From Escherichia phage BYEP02: 64,000 nucleotides of DNA. A program made the translations under genes and the position numbers. The stretch lies in sequence record OR757454.1, one strand, 5' to 3'. Every line of letters starts with the position of its first letter. Positions within the stretch are counted from its first letter, which is position 1. Positions 1 to 16,139 of the stretch are shown here, piece by piece. Under the pieces are notes generated by a model. That model ran no database searches. It was not told the origin of the DNA and saw only the letters and a program-made list of their open reading frames with translations.

Positions 1-2165
<2,165 letters not shown>

Positions 2166-2195
<30 letters not shown>

Positions 2196-2984
2196 TGTTG
2201 GTCTATTTACATTGCTAGTGAAAGTTTGTTTTACTGTTCCATCCCAGTCTTCTGGGTTAATATCTCGAGGAACAACTTCGTTATCGACAGATTCAAAAAC
2301 ACCTTCGCCATCAGGCAAATCTCTTGTATTGGCGTGAAAATCTGTATAAGTAGTACGAATTAATCCTTCTGCATCATCTACCGGAGGATACATCCATCCA
2401 TTTACTTCAAATGTTAGTGACCATTCAATTCTACGACGAGATAAATTATCTCCATCTATAGATTCGTCTATAGCAGCAGACATCAGTACAATTTTAATAT
2501 CCCTTTTAAATGGAATATCATTTCCAAACTGTTCGTACATAGTTGTATTAAAATGAGGTTGAAAATATGGAAGAATCTGTTCAACTATTTGAAACATATC
2601 ATCTTCGTAGCGAGTAAAGATACTCAATTCATAAATCATTTTAATAGGAGATGGATTATACTGCGATACTACAGAAGTTGCACCTTTTTGCAGTAAATTC
2701 TGATTTAAAATGTTTGTTTTAAATGGAGCATTATAGCTAAAATCAACTAAATGTAAATTTATACGAGGTAGAATGGTTTCAACTTTAGCTACATCTTCTT
2801 GTGAATTTATTGATGTCCATTTATTCAATTTCATCATAAAGTGTTCCTTTGATGCATACGTAATAGGAACACGTATAAACTTATCACCAGATTCTAACTG
2901 ACGTTTGATTTGGATATTTGAAAACAAATCGCCCATCAAGGTAGCATATCGTCTAAAAGACGAATTATAAAAATAACCAAACAT
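2166..2984 (-). CDS. 15: Tail sheath stabiliser / tail terminator gp15 (intact, 272 aa)
   Basis: Continuous ORF, length equals T4 gp15; 3' end lies in copy 2 of junction duplication 2042-2195. Confidence 0.88.
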
Positions 2985-3025
2985 GACTTCTCCTAATCTG
3001 GGTTTTAATTAATTTATAATATTTA

Positions 3026-4958
<1,933 letters not shown>

Positions 4959-4990
4959 TTAAAAATCCTTTGGGGCCTTGCGGCCCCATG

Positions 4991-6531
4991 TTATGCTGGT
5001 GATAAAAAGGTAGAAAGTAATACCCATTCGCCGTCTTTACGAACGTAAGCTTGGCCATCTTTTGGAGCTTCAGGAATATAACCTGCTTCTTGAGTAATAC
5101 CCATTCGCCGTCTTTACGAACGTAAGCTTGACCATCTTTTGGAGCTTCAGGAATATAACCTGCTTCTTGTAGAGCTTGAACATCACCTTGCAGAGAAGAT
5201 ATACTACCTTTGGCTGTATTCACTTCTTGTGTAACTGATGCAATGTTGGTTTCGTTAGCTTTTATTGAATTGGTTAATCCGCGTTCTTCGACAGTTGAAC
5301 CGTTTGGGTTAGTTCCATTTACTAAAGTATTTAACGCTACAACTTGCCCTTTAATTCCTGTGCTGTTATTACCAATTTCTACCTGTAGGTTTTGAACATC
5401 GTTATTCAAGCCTGAAACAGAAGTTTCAATTGTAGAAACTCGGTTTAAAAGAGACCCAGGAGGAGACGGTTGTCCACCGCTAGAATCAGTTCCAACAATT
5501 TGGTTTAACCATGAAACATTCGCTCTTAAACCAGATGAAGTGTTTTCACCGACGATTCCATTCAGAGATTCGATTGAAGTTGTATTATCTTTAATTTGAC
5601 CTTTAATACTCGAAGGAATATCATCTGAACCAATGGAAGTTTCAATAACTGTTAAACGCTGTTTAATACCTCCACTTTGATTTAGCTCTAAATTAATAGA
5701 TGCAATATTATCAGTGTTTGTATTAACACTCGTGATAATCGAATTATTTCCTGGATATCCTATTGAGGTCTTAATAGCACTAATGTCAGATTCAAATGTT
5801 GTCTGTTTAGTGTCAATTTCATTTAAACGACTATAAACGTTTTGTGAAAATGATGGTGGTTTCGGTCCAAGCTCTTCACGAAGATTACCAACTTCAATAG
5901 TCAAAGAACCTACATCAGATTCAATAAATTTTGTTTCTAATTCGCTTAAACGTATTCCCTGTGAAGTAATGGCATCAGTATTATTAATAATGCGATGCTT
6001 CATTCCACTACTAGGATTTCCTACAACAGGAAGACCATTAATATCTTGACCTGCGTATTGTCCAAGTTCACGCTTTATCCACAGTAAATCATTTCTGATC
6101 GTTCTGTATACAGAGTTGGCCTCGGAGTTAAATGGACCAATATCAGCAAGAATACTGTCAACCGTACTATTAGTTCCATTTAATATTTCTGTATGTTCAC
6201 TGGTTAGCGTTTTGAGGTCAGAAATATCCTTTTTATTGATACCTATTTGGGCCAAAGCTTCAATATCACCAGATACATCTAAGATGCCCTGAATTGTTTT
6301 AATATCACTATTTGCGGTTTCTAAAGATGTTTTAAGTATTCCAATGTTTTTATCAAGAACTTCAACATTTCTTAGTACAGAAACTGTAGGTCTATTCATT
6401 GAACCTTCGCTTCCATACTGCGTGTCAGCTCCTAATATTTCTTCGCCGTTTTTAATCCAGGAAATGCGGCTCTGGCCCTCTGCAGGAGGGCCGTCAACGA
6501 ATGGTAAGTCATTCAGTACAATATCTGTCAT
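4991..6531 (-). CDS. wac: Fibritin (whisker) Wac; C-terminal foldon frameshifted by 77-bp duplication 5017-5170
   Basis: [34 protein letters not shown]...; foldon [23 protein letters not shown] present, native STFLSPA end readable after removing one copy. Confidence 0.9.
5017..5170. repeat. 77-bp tandem duplication inside wac (foldon region)
   Basis: gtaatacccattcgccgtctttacgaacgtaagcttgGccatc... vs ...cttgAccatc... Confidence 0.9.
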
Positions 6532-8188
6532 TCTTTTACCTTAATTATGTAGTTTAAAGAAATGTTCCATGGACGTGTTTCATTTCCAATTAATTCAGGA
6601 CGATTTAATGTATATTTGGAATTACGCTGCGATTCTGGGTCAATTTCATATCCGTCATTGGTGAAGTATGAACGGTTATCCCAGTCAAGTCCTTTACGTG
6701 TACCAACAAAATTTGATCTACGGGTATTACCGAATGCCCCAGAATCATCATGCTCACCAAATCCACCAGCATGTTTATGATAAGACATCTGCTGTTTTTG
6801 TACTTCACCAACATATCCACCGGTACAACCTACACCTAATCTAGGCTTACCAAATTGGTCATTACCATTAACGTTTGGATTTGTTAAGTGAGAGCCACGA
6901 CCAGAGCCACGAACAAAAAGACCACGCATATCAGGTAATCCAGGATTTGATGAGCTTCCGCCGTATCTTGTTCCAATTCTGAGCCGCGAACAAAAAGACC
7001 ACGCATATCAGGTAATCCAGGATTTGATGAACTTCCGCCGTATCTTGTTCCAATTCTAGAAGCATATAATGGACAATCTGATGCTGAAACAGTTCCACCG
7101 TGGCAAAAACGCCAAGCATCACTAGGAAGACTATCAGCGGCCCACATCATAATAGCTCCGACAGGAATAGTTCTATCAATTTCATTTTGTGTTACGACAC
7201 GCTTACCTTGAATATAACCACCGGTCATGTTAACTGTTCCGGTAATATTTGCTCCACCTGAAGCTATTGTAAGCGTGTTATTAATGCGGAGTGTTCCATT
7301 AATAGTTTGACCGCCTCTTTGATGGATAACGTCAGCATTCCAAGCTAGTGCTGATGAAGCATCACCTCCACTCTGTGAGCCGGCAGTTGTAGTTAATTTA
7401 ACTACGCCTCTCATTGACGTTGTAGAACCACGACCATTAAGAGTTGCACCAGTAACAGCAACAGAAGCATTATTCGAGTTAACTTCTGACTGTGTTCCTA
7501 ATTTAATTACGCCTTTATATTCTTCAGTAGCAGATGAATTCATAAACGTATAAGGAGAAATTGCATAGCCTTCTCTTAAAGTTCCCTGACGAACCTGCGC
7601 TACTGTTGCTAATTGAACAACACCTTGGTCCGATTCGGTAGCTGTGGTTTCAGAAGGAGCAATTTGCGCAATTAATTTAATAGCTAACTGCTGCGTTTTT
7701 AATGGAGTCATTGCAGTAGTATCATCTGCACCAGCTAATGCTTGCGGTAGAGATGATAACTTAATAACGCCAAGTGAACTTTCAGAAGAAATTCGTGTAT
7801 CAAAAATGTGATTAATTGCTGTAGTAAATTTAGCCGGAGTTATAGATGATTCATTATTAACACCAGCTACAGCTTCATCGTCTGTTGAATAACGTGTAAG
7901 TCCATAAACTTCTTCGGTAGCATTTGGATATGATAATCTTGTTGCCAACGTTGCCGGTGTAACTGCTTTGGTATTATTAGTTCCATCTATAACTTCCTGT
8001 TCAGTGGCAAGAAATAAAATTCCCTTTGTTGTTGACGATGCATCAGGAACTCCATTTACGCCAGCAGGAGAAATGGCTGCTATAGCAGCTTGAACATCAG
8101 TAATCTCTTCCGGAAAATTTGTACCAGTTGGATCAAATTTTACATAACGAGATTCATTAGAAACGTGTTGATATGTATTATTACTCAT
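6528..8188 (-). CDS. 12: Short tail fibre gp12; frameshifted by 77-bp duplication 6904-7057
   Basis: ORFs 6884..8188 ([26 protein letters not shown]...) and 6528..6929; span minus 77 = 527 codons + stop. Confidence 0.88.
6904..7057. repeat. 77-bp tandem duplication inside gene 12
   Basis: gagccacgaacaaaaagaccacgcatatcaggtaatccagg... repeated at offset 77 with few substitutions. Confidence 0.9.
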
Positions 8189-8844
8189 GCTGTTCTCTCA
8201 AAATGATAAAGTACTGTAGGAGTCTGCTGATTATCTAAAGTTACAGTTTGTGCGCCTAATAAATTCCATGTACCATAGCCAGGTTTAGACTCAGAAATAA
8301 TTTCCTGCGAAATAGTTATTCCATATGTAGAATATGTGCTTAATACATGTTTTTGATTGTCTAAATAAGTAACTTCTAATTTACTACCATCTGTTGGATG
8401 GTCTTTATATGAATTGATAGCAGTAAATGACGCAATAGCTTCTTGTAGTGCAACACGAACTTTGGCAACAAACTCGATAGCTGTCATTCCGGTTGTTGCT
8501 GAAACTGGAAGACCAAATACTAATACAGTAACAGGAGAACCAGGAGGAAGCGAATCATCTGTCACAGTTCCTGAAAATGCCCAATAATCAGTTTGAGAAA
8601 CACCCTCAGGAGAAACACCAGTTTTATTAGTAATAATTGTACCAACGTCTTTTATAGAAAAATTATGAACGTCATTAATAGCTGATTCTACGTTTGGTTC
8701 ATAAAATCCTTTCGCTAATTGAGAAATTGTCACTGACCCAACTGATTGACGATTCATTACATCTATATTACCAGCTTTAGGTCTAAAACCAAGAAAATCG
8801 GCTAAGCGGGAAATAACTCCCGCTTTATTATTAAGTAAACTCAT
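8185..8844 (-). CDS. 11: Baseplate wedge / short-tail-fibre attachment gp11 (intact reading from copy-1 start)
   Basis: [20 protein letters not shown]...; 219 codons; ATG overlaps gp10 stop inside junction duplication 8801-8954. Confidence 0.85.
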   Translation of the reverse strand: MSLLNNKAGVISRLADFLGFRPKAGNIDVMNRQSVGSVTISQLAKGFYEPNVESAINDVHNFSIKDVGTIITNKTGVSPEGVSQTDYWAFSGTVTDDSLPPGSPVTVLVFGLPVSATTGMTAIEFVAKVRVALQEAIASFTAINSYKDHPTDGSKLEVTYLDNQKHVLSTYSTYGITISQEIISESKPGYGTWNLLGAQTVTLDNQQTPTVLYHFERTA

Positions 8845-8954
8845 TATGCAATCCTTATCCAACGATAAACTGTAATAGCTAAGCGGGAAATAACTCCCGC
8901 TTTATTATTAAGTAAACTCATTATGCAATCCTTATCCAACGATAAACTGTAATA
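8801..8954. repeat. 77-bp tandem duplication at the gene 10 stop / gene 11 start junction
   Basis: gctaagcgggaaataactcccgctttattattaagtaaactcattatgcaatcc... twice. Confidence 0.9.
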
Positions 8955-10729
8955 TATGGTTGAATGTTAGTTATTGATGTTGGCGGAGTGTGAGTAGAGT
9001 TAGTAGATGCTTTAGCTTCACGGTATTTAGTGTAGATTGGACCGGATTCATCTGGATCGTATTGACACCCACCAACAATGACTGATCCATTTTCATCAAC
9101 TATTAGAACTTCTTCATCTGTTTCAGTTGCAGGAAGATTAGCATTTTCCAATGTAACAGAAGTAGAACCACCTGTTCCACCTGCAGTATGTGAAGGATTT
9201 CCACCCGAATCTAAATCGTTGTTATTTAGAGCAAAGTTAGGGTCCGAAATATCTTCATTCCATCCAACTAAAACTTTTCCTTGCCCAAATAATTTCCATG
9301 AGCCGAATCCCATATATGTAACAGGGTTATTTGGATTAACAGCGTTTTCATATATAGTTCCAATAGGATAAATCGTATCAAAGATATTTGAAACAGCATT
9401 AAATTCGCGTTGGTAAGATTGAACTGCTTCTACATTTGGCCAACCAATTTTATCGAAGTCTGTTAAATTTACATCACCAGAAATATCTACTCCCGGTCCT
9501 TGCGATACATAAAGATTATCAGTTTCATCAATAATCTCATCTTTTGTTAATAATGTACCCAAATCATTATTAAACCAGGTGATATTGATAATGTCACCAT
9601 GCTCAAATACTCTATCGAAATGTAAAATTTCCGGTATGCCGTTTTCATCAGTTTCAACTGAATAATCGGTATGAGATTGTTCCCAAGTTCCACCTAAAAC
9701 AGAGCATTCTACTTCATCGTCTGAATCGGCACCAACACAATGAAATAATGGCATTCCAACTGTTCCAGCCAATTCCTGCAAAATCCCGTTAAAACGAACC
9801 TCAAGAGAATTAGGATTAATAGGTTCTCCTGGAATTAATCCAAAAGCAGAAAATGGAATTGATTTCATTGTTGATAAATCAGTAACGTAAATACTTCCTT
9901 CTAAAGAAGTTTTTGACGTTAATTTTGAATCTAACAATCTAATTTGACGTCTTGTATATGAACTTCTCCACTGCGATACACCATCCATAAATGTTTCAAT
10001 TTGAACAGTGTCACCAATATTACAAGGCTGTCTTAATCGAATATTAAATCCATCAAGAGGAACTAGTTCTCCTTCATTTTCGCCCGGAGAGCCAAAATCG
10101 CTGTTTTCGCTAAACACATCGCCGTAATACAATTCGTTACCACGATGTTTTACTCTGATGTTATTTACATTATAACTGGTTCCACGGAAAACATCTAAAA
10201 AGTCTGTTTGTCCTTGGACTTCGACTAAAAATTCTTTACGAGCTACATTACTAATGTCTGAACTGGTAATTTTGTCAATTTGTTTATTTTTGACATATTC
10301 CCAACGTCCTGGGGCACAATACACTAGTTCTAAATCGCTGAATTGAACATTAATTTCAACTGGTACTGCAGACCCTTTAATCGTATCGCCGGAAGCAGCT
10401 ACTAGTGTAACTGGGTTGACGTTCCATGTAGCAAATACGTCTCTAGCTCTAATTACCTTGTTGTAATCATTAACTGTACCCTTTGGAAGATTTATAGTCA
10501 CTCTTCCAGAAGATGTATTAATAGCGTATGATTTTCCCCATTCTGCTGTTAATGTTTGTCCTGATGAAGCATTATAAGTTTTCCAGGCACCAGCTGAATA
10601 TGGAACATCACCATCACCGAGTTCATAATAAAGCTCATCAAAGTTTTCATTTATTTTTATACCACCTTTACGCAGGTAGTCACCGGTACCATCATCTACA
10701 ACATTACCGATATTAATATTTTGTTTCAT
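8921..10729 (-). CDS. 10: Baseplate wedge gp10 (intact, 602 aa)
   Basis: Continuous ORF MKQNINIGNVVDDGTGDYLRKGGIKINENFDELYYELGDGD...; length as T4 gp10. Confidence 0.9.
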   Translation of the reverse strand: MKQNINIGNVVDDGTGDYLRKGGIKINENFDELYYELGDGDVPYSAGAWKTYNASSGQTLTAEWGKSYAINTSSGRVTINLPKGTVNDYNKVIRARDVFATWNVNPVTLVAASGDTIKGSAVPVEINVQFSDLELVYCAPGRWEYVKNKQIDKITSSDISNVARKEFLVEVQGQTDFLDVFRGTSYNVNNIRVKHRGNELYYGDVFSENSDFGSPGENEGELVPLDGFNIRLRQPCNIGDTVQIETFMDGVSQWRSSYTRRQIRLLDSKLTSKTSLEGSIYVTDLSTMKSIPFSAFGLIPGEPINPNSLEVRFNGILQELAGTVGMPLFHCVGADSDDEVECSVLGGTWEQSHTDYSVETDENGIPEILHFDRVFEHGDIINITWFNNDLGTLLTKDEIIDETDNLYVSQGPGVDISGDVNLTDFDKIGWPNVEAVQSYQREFNAVSNIFDTIYPIGTIYENAVNPNNPVTYMGFGSWKLFGQGKVLVGWNEDISDPNFALNNNDLDSGGNPSHTAGGTGGSTSVTLENANLPATETDEEVLIVDENGSVIVGGCQYDPDESGPIYTKYREAKASTNSTHTPPTSITNIQPYITVYRWIRIA

Positions 10730-11672
10730 TATTGAGCCACCCCGATTTTCTGCGTAGCGATAACTTTAACTGCTGCTCTCATACCGACAGTTGAAGAACT
10801 TATAGTCGCCGTTCCACCCCGATTTTCTGCGTAGCGATAACTTTAACTGCTGCTCTCATACCGACAGTTGGAGAACTTATAGTCGCCGTTACATAATTTT
10901 CTTTAATACTAAATGCAATATTAGCGATTTCGTCTTCTTCGGTTTCATTCCCAACTCGCATGACAGCATATTCAGAAGAAATGACCTCTGAATTAACAGT
11001 ATCCACAAGAATATTTATTTCTGCCGTTTTAATTTTTCTTCCATCTACTGATTGGCACGTAACTAGCAATTTAGCCATATTGTATTCAGTGCGATGAAAT
11101 AATGGAATGTCAACTGATCCAGATGTAGAAATATTCCATGTACCTTCAGCTGGTGATTCCTTTTGTCCAAACATACTTTCAATAGAATAATTCCAAACCG
11201 ACGTAGAATTATCAGATGAAATACAGCGTAAAGTTACTTTACTATATGGACTAGTTACTACTAAATTACCCGAAACACCTTTAATTGAATCAATAGCTTG
11301 AATTGTTAAAGGATTAGTAACTGATATTGATCCATTTGAGTTAATGAATTCAACACAATCGCCGAGTTCGCCTCTTTCAATGATAACTTTAACACCTACA
11401 GTAGAGGTATCAATATCATGTCTAGTGCCAACTTTCACTGGAGTTGCGTACTCTGCAATAGAGTGTTTTTGATAATATCCAGTAGCATGAATAATTTGAC
11501 CATCTGCTCCAGTGCCGTTTGCTACTGCCATTTTACGCTGATCGCCAAACGCATTATAAATTGCGTTAAAATCACTATTAATTTTATTACCACCGTCGAA
11601 TAAGATATCACCAGTAGAAGCGTTACCAATTTCGCCGGTATCAATCAATTTCTTTGGTTCTTGAATGAACAT
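10729..11672 (-). CDS. 9: Baseplate protein gp9 (long tail fibre socket); C-terminus frameshifted by 77-bp duplication 10737-10890
   Basis: ORF 10800..11672 MFIQEPKKLIDTGEIGNASTGDILFDGGNKINSDFNAIYNAFGDQ...; span minus 77 = 288 codons + stop. Confidence 0.85.
10737..10890. repeat. 77-bp tandem duplication at the 3' end of gene 9
   Basis: ccaccccgattttctgcgtagcgataactttaactgctgctctcataccgacagttgAagaac... vs ...gttgGagaac... Confidence 0.9.
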
Positions 11673-11696
11673 AGCGGTTTCCTTATGAGTTTATAG

Positions 11697-11704
11697 TATT
11701 TATA
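11697..11704 (-). promoter_or_regulatory. T4-type late promoter (TATAAATA on minus strand) upstream of gene 9
   Basis: Plus-strand tatttata between gene 8 terminator hairpin and gene 9 start. Confidence 0.6.
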
Positions 11705-11712
11705 AAGAAAAA

Positions 11713-11730
11713 GGGAGCCCATGGGCTCCC
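11713..11730 (-). terminator. Intrinsic terminator hairpin downstream of gene 8
   Basis: Palindrome gggagcccatgggctccc followed on the minus strand by a T-run (TTTTTCTTT). Confidence 0.65.
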
Positions 11731-11735
11731 TTAAT

Positions 11736-12817
11736 TTAAAATGTAAACAGAATATTGATTTCTTCTGTTTGATCCATTGCCATGATAATAGGTGGCCTAT
11801 TTTCCATATAAATCATTTCGCCCGAATGCCTCATTAAATCTTCCGGATCATAATAATCCTTTTCAGCTTTAACGTTTGGGTCATTTGGATGAGCTTTAGC
11901 TTCAAGAGGATTCGTGATTATTGATATTTGCCTAAATCCTTTATTTCCCGGCAGTGCAGCTTCAGGAAAATAAACTGAATCTAAATATGCTTTAAAACGG
12001 ATAGTATTTGCCTTAACACGGTAAATTAATCCAAAATCATCTTGTTGCCATGTGAGATTATCTTCATATCCCCATCTAGTCGGGTCTTCTTTTAATTCCT
12101 CAGGCCAAGGAACCACGATATATTCATTCGTGCATCTATTTATAGATACATCAGGCGGAATCTCAAAAAGGTATTCCCAAACATATCCGTCTCCATATAT
12201 TCATTCGTACATCTATTTATAGATACATCAGGCGGAATCTCAAAAAGATATTCCCAAACATATCCGTCCCCAGGTTCAATTGTTCCTTCAGCATCTCCTC
12301 GACCTTCAGGAGGAGTCATTGACCTAGCAGAAGGAGTCCATTTTCCACCTAACTTAAGGCATTCATCCTTATCAGTTAAAGATGCGATTGAACACATTCC
12401 GGTATCAGGAACATCTAAACAACGATATACTAACCAGCCTGCGCCTGATTCAGTAGCGTTGTAAGGAGCTGAGTTACACACTACAATATCGTTAATTCTA
12501 AATGTGTATGGATCCGGATATCTAGTATCTCCCCAATCTCTACGAGGAATAACAGCATCAAGCATTGATGGAAGAACCTTTACTGTTCCCATCATATGCG
12601 TCCACATGTCAGTTACACCTAATACAGAATCAGTGGGATAAGGCGGGGCAAAGCCCGCCTCATTTTCATTTGATGACCACGGTTCTGATCTTCCAAATGT
12701 GATAAAGATAGTGTTTTTATCCGGACCACTTCCAATTGAATTATAAAAATTCAACATTTTTTCTGTTCTAAATTTTGAAGTAACTATCGCACGATAGATA
12801 ACACTTGAATCATTCAT
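11736..12817 (-). CDS. 8: Baseplate wedge gp8; frameshifted by 77-bp duplication 12120-12273
   Basis: ORFs 12140..12817 (MNDSSVIYRAIVTSKFRTEKMLNFYNSIGSGPDKNTIFITFGRSEPW...) and 11736..12116; span minus 77 = 334 codons + stop. Confidence 0.85.
12120..12273. repeat. 77-bp tandem duplication inside gene 8
   Basis: atattcattcgtGcatctatttatagatacatcaggcggaatctcaaaaag... repeated. Confidence 0.9.
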
Positions 12818-15800
12818 CTATTTTAACCTGTGTTGGATTTTCAGGGTCTCTTGGATTTCCTATATTATCTTTTAGACGTTTATTAACTAAATCTCTAAAT
12901 TGCGCAAATGTTGTTCCAGATGCATCAAATAAAGGACTCATTAATTTACGTCGTTCAGACGGCAATTGACCTTGAAATATTGAATTATTATTTTCAGCAT
13001 TATAGTCATCAGGAAGAGGATATTTTACGCCAGCCATTGGGCCAGGCTCATAAATTGCTTCGCCTGTTACTGAATCATGCTCAATTTCACCGGTTGGAGT
13101 CAATTTAGCTACTCTATCAGCGTATTCAGTAGGCAATCCAGAATCCCATTTATAGTTTTTGTATTTATTAATTATAGTCTCTGTATGTTTAAGAGTTAAA
13201 CCGACATTAATAAACATTGTTAAAAGGGTAATTGCTATAAATCCAAATCCTACTGGATGAACAAAACGAATAACGTCAGATTTCCAGCGGGAAGAAGGTA
13301 AATTGGATTTAATTTTCATTACATAGTATGATCTACTTCTATTAATATAGTCTATATTGTTTTGAAGCAAATCCTTTCCTTTAACGCCACGAATAATTTC
13401 GCCTTCAAAACCAGGGAGTCTTTCTGCTTTAACTTCTTGACCAGCAATTAATCGTCCCAAAAGATTATGAATAGTTACGGTCCATTGCAATTTACCATTA
13501 GAATAGCTTCTTTCTATATAAGTAACATTACATCTTCCTGTTGCCGTATAAATCGTTTGTCCTACTAATTACCATTAGAATAGCTTCTTTCTATATAAGT
13601 AACATTACATCTTCCTGTTGCCGTATAAATCGTTTGTCCTACTAAATCTTCAGTCAAAGAATCAGATTGAACGATTATGTCATATTCAGTACCAGCCCCA
13701 GATTCAATTTCAATTTCAACTTCTTCATTATAAAGAACTTTAAAAAGAAATTTGTATGATGCTTCAATTCCTTTAGTAGAATAAAAATCATAGCTACGTG
13801 ATTCAAAGAATCTCGCAACAGCATCGCGTTTGTCAGCATTTAAATAAATGTTTCTTTTATATATCTCTGACCACAAATATTCCCATGCATGCTCTTCTCG
13901 TGGATATTGGTTACGAATTAAATTTCGTAAATTGTTATACTGAGTTCCATATCCATCAGAAAGATATTGAATATATGCTTCGCAAAATGCTTCAAAATTC
14001 GAATCCTGTAACAAATAAGAATCAGGCATCATTGTGCCAATTAATGGTCTTAAATCAGGGTCAGCTAATCCACGCTCTTCTTCTGGTGACCAAGGAGTCT
14101 CATGCTCTTGGTTTTGTAAAAATGCTTTTAAAAATACTTCAGTTGGCTTCCAAATAATTTCTACTGTATCTCTCACACGATAGTTAAAATCATAGTAAGA
14201 AATTATTTCACCGGAGGCTTTGTAGAAAAGCATTCCTGATGCGTATTTTTTAAATCCAGTGAATTTGACATTTGGCATTACTATAGTGCAATCACCATCA
14301 TCCCAGTATTCATGAACTAATCTATCTGGTGATGTTTCCGGAATATTTTCTATAACTTTAGTGTATTTTAAATCGGCATAAACTACTACAGCTCTATCAG
14401 AGTTGTTTATCCAACAACGTGTGTTAGATTTTTTAGACCAATTAAAGAACGGTTCTGCGTAGTATTTCATCGGTTGAGGAGTAAAAGTCTCCCAATCAGA
14501 TTTTTCATCCGCTATAAACGCCATCATATGATAATGTTTATCAGCTAACCATTCACGAGGAAATTCATATTTAACAGCACCGATTAACTGGTATTTTACA
14601 GCAGTTTCAGGGTCATTAACAACGTTATCACTTAAAAATTTAAAATTACTCGAAGACAGAGAAACTAATTTACCATCAGTTGACATATTCGCATATCCGG
14701 GTTGAATACGTCTTCTTTCTTCTTCGGTATTACCAAAAACTCTTTTCCATGTTTTTTCATCATGATTTAAAACATATATTCCTTTATCAGCGGAATCAAT
14801 TATTTTTGATGTTCTAGGATTAGCATTTAATGTTTCAACTTCACCAATAATAAGAGCAAAAACTTTATCACCTCAATTATTTTTGATGTTCTAGGATTAG
14901 CATTTAATGTTTCAACTTCACCAATAATAAGAGCAAAAACTTTATCACCGATAGAATCCATTTTATAACATACTGCTTTAGGATTTCCGGTTATAGTCAT
15001 GGTATCAGGTTCAAAAAGTCTTTCCGAATATGTTGGAGATAATGGATCAGAATCTATAGGTGCATTACTCGTTTTTATGTATCTAACTTTGTCTCTGGCG
15101 ACAACGTAAATGTAATCATCGGTGCAAGTAATAGCTTCTGCAATGCGGTATACATTAGCTGGCAAAGTCGCGTAAGTGGCAAAAATTTCTACATCAAATC
15201 CTAAATGAAGTTGGTCTCCTAATTTAGCAAATGTTATATCCTGTGAACTGAATCTGACATCATCTGCTGACCATCTAACATCAGTAGATTTGCGGCCATA
15301 GAAAATCTTGTCGTATCCTAGAACGTATGTTGTGTTCGCAGATTGGTAATATACTGTCTTAGATAAAGGATATCCTACGCGGTCATTGAAGAGCTTTACA
15401 GCTTTCCAAGTTTGTCCTTTATCATTGGATACTTTAACTACAGGTTGATAGCGCTCAAAAAGGTATAGAATCCCTTCTGATTCCATCAAATAAACTCGGT
15501 TAATATCCTTACATACTTGCTGAATAGAACCTTGTATTTCATGATACTCATTTTCACCAATAATAAAATTACTTATTGATGAAACATCAACATATGATGA
15601 ATAGAACCTTGTATTTCATGATACTCATTTTCACCAATAATAAAATTACTTATTGATGAAACATCAACATACGATGGGCTGAATTGAAATGATTCATTCA
15701 TCAATGCAGCCATTATGGTGTCATTATTAAAATTAACATAATCAGAATTATTAAGAGTGAACTTTTCCTGAATGAATTTATTAGCTAATTGCATTTCAAT

Positions 15801-16139
15801 CATGTTTTGAAATGTGTAAGCATTCGTAGCAAAAGTTTCAAACTCTTCAGTATAAATCCAATCAGACTGCTCAAAATCTTGCGCAGCTGTGGCTACTCTA
15901 ATAATGTATGATGTCAATGGATCAGCATCATCAAAAAAGAAGCTGTTATTTGCAGTATATCCTAAATTAATCCAACGATATTGATTACTCGGGAGATTTT
16001 CCCCCGAGTCTGTTTTTGTCTCAGCGATTTCTACAAAATAGTAGAAATTAGCACCAACGTCATCCCAGCGTACTTGCACCTGATTTGCGGATAACTTGGA
16101 AATTCTGAGACTAGTGACTGAAGGTGCTTTTACTGTCAT
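12810..16139 (-). CDS. 7: Baseplate wedge gp7 (~1032 aa); broken by three 77-bp duplications (13492-13645, 14796-14949, 15524-15677)
   Basis: Four consecutive ORF fragments (15573..16139 MTVKAPSVTSLRISKLSANQVQVRWDDVGANFYYF..., 14827..15489, 13565..14686, 12810..13490); span minus 231 bp = 1033 codons. Confidence 0.85.
13492..13645. repeat. 77-bp tandem duplication inside gene 7
   Basis: ttaccattagaatagcttctttctatataagtaacattacatcttcctgttgccg... twice. Confidence 0.9.
14796..14949. repeat. 77-bp tandem duplication inside gene 7
   Basis: caattatttttgatgttctaggattagcatttaatgtttcaacttcacc... twice. Confidence 0.9.
15524..15677. repeat. 77-bp tandem duplication inside gene 7
   Basis: atagaaccttgtatttcatgatactcattttcaccaataataaaattactt... 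twice. Confidence 0.9.

Noticed and set aside
4971-4986. Palindrome ggggccttgcggcccc between wac stop and gene 13 start as a terminator
   Set aside because: Perfect hairpin but no convincing T-run on the minus strand and gene 13 starts immediately; may be a partial terminator or RNA-processing site, so not called.
6605-7122. ORFs 6605-6820 and 6931-7122 (minus) inside gene 12
   Set aside because: Alternative frames of gene 12 created by the 6904-7057 duplication; not independent genes.
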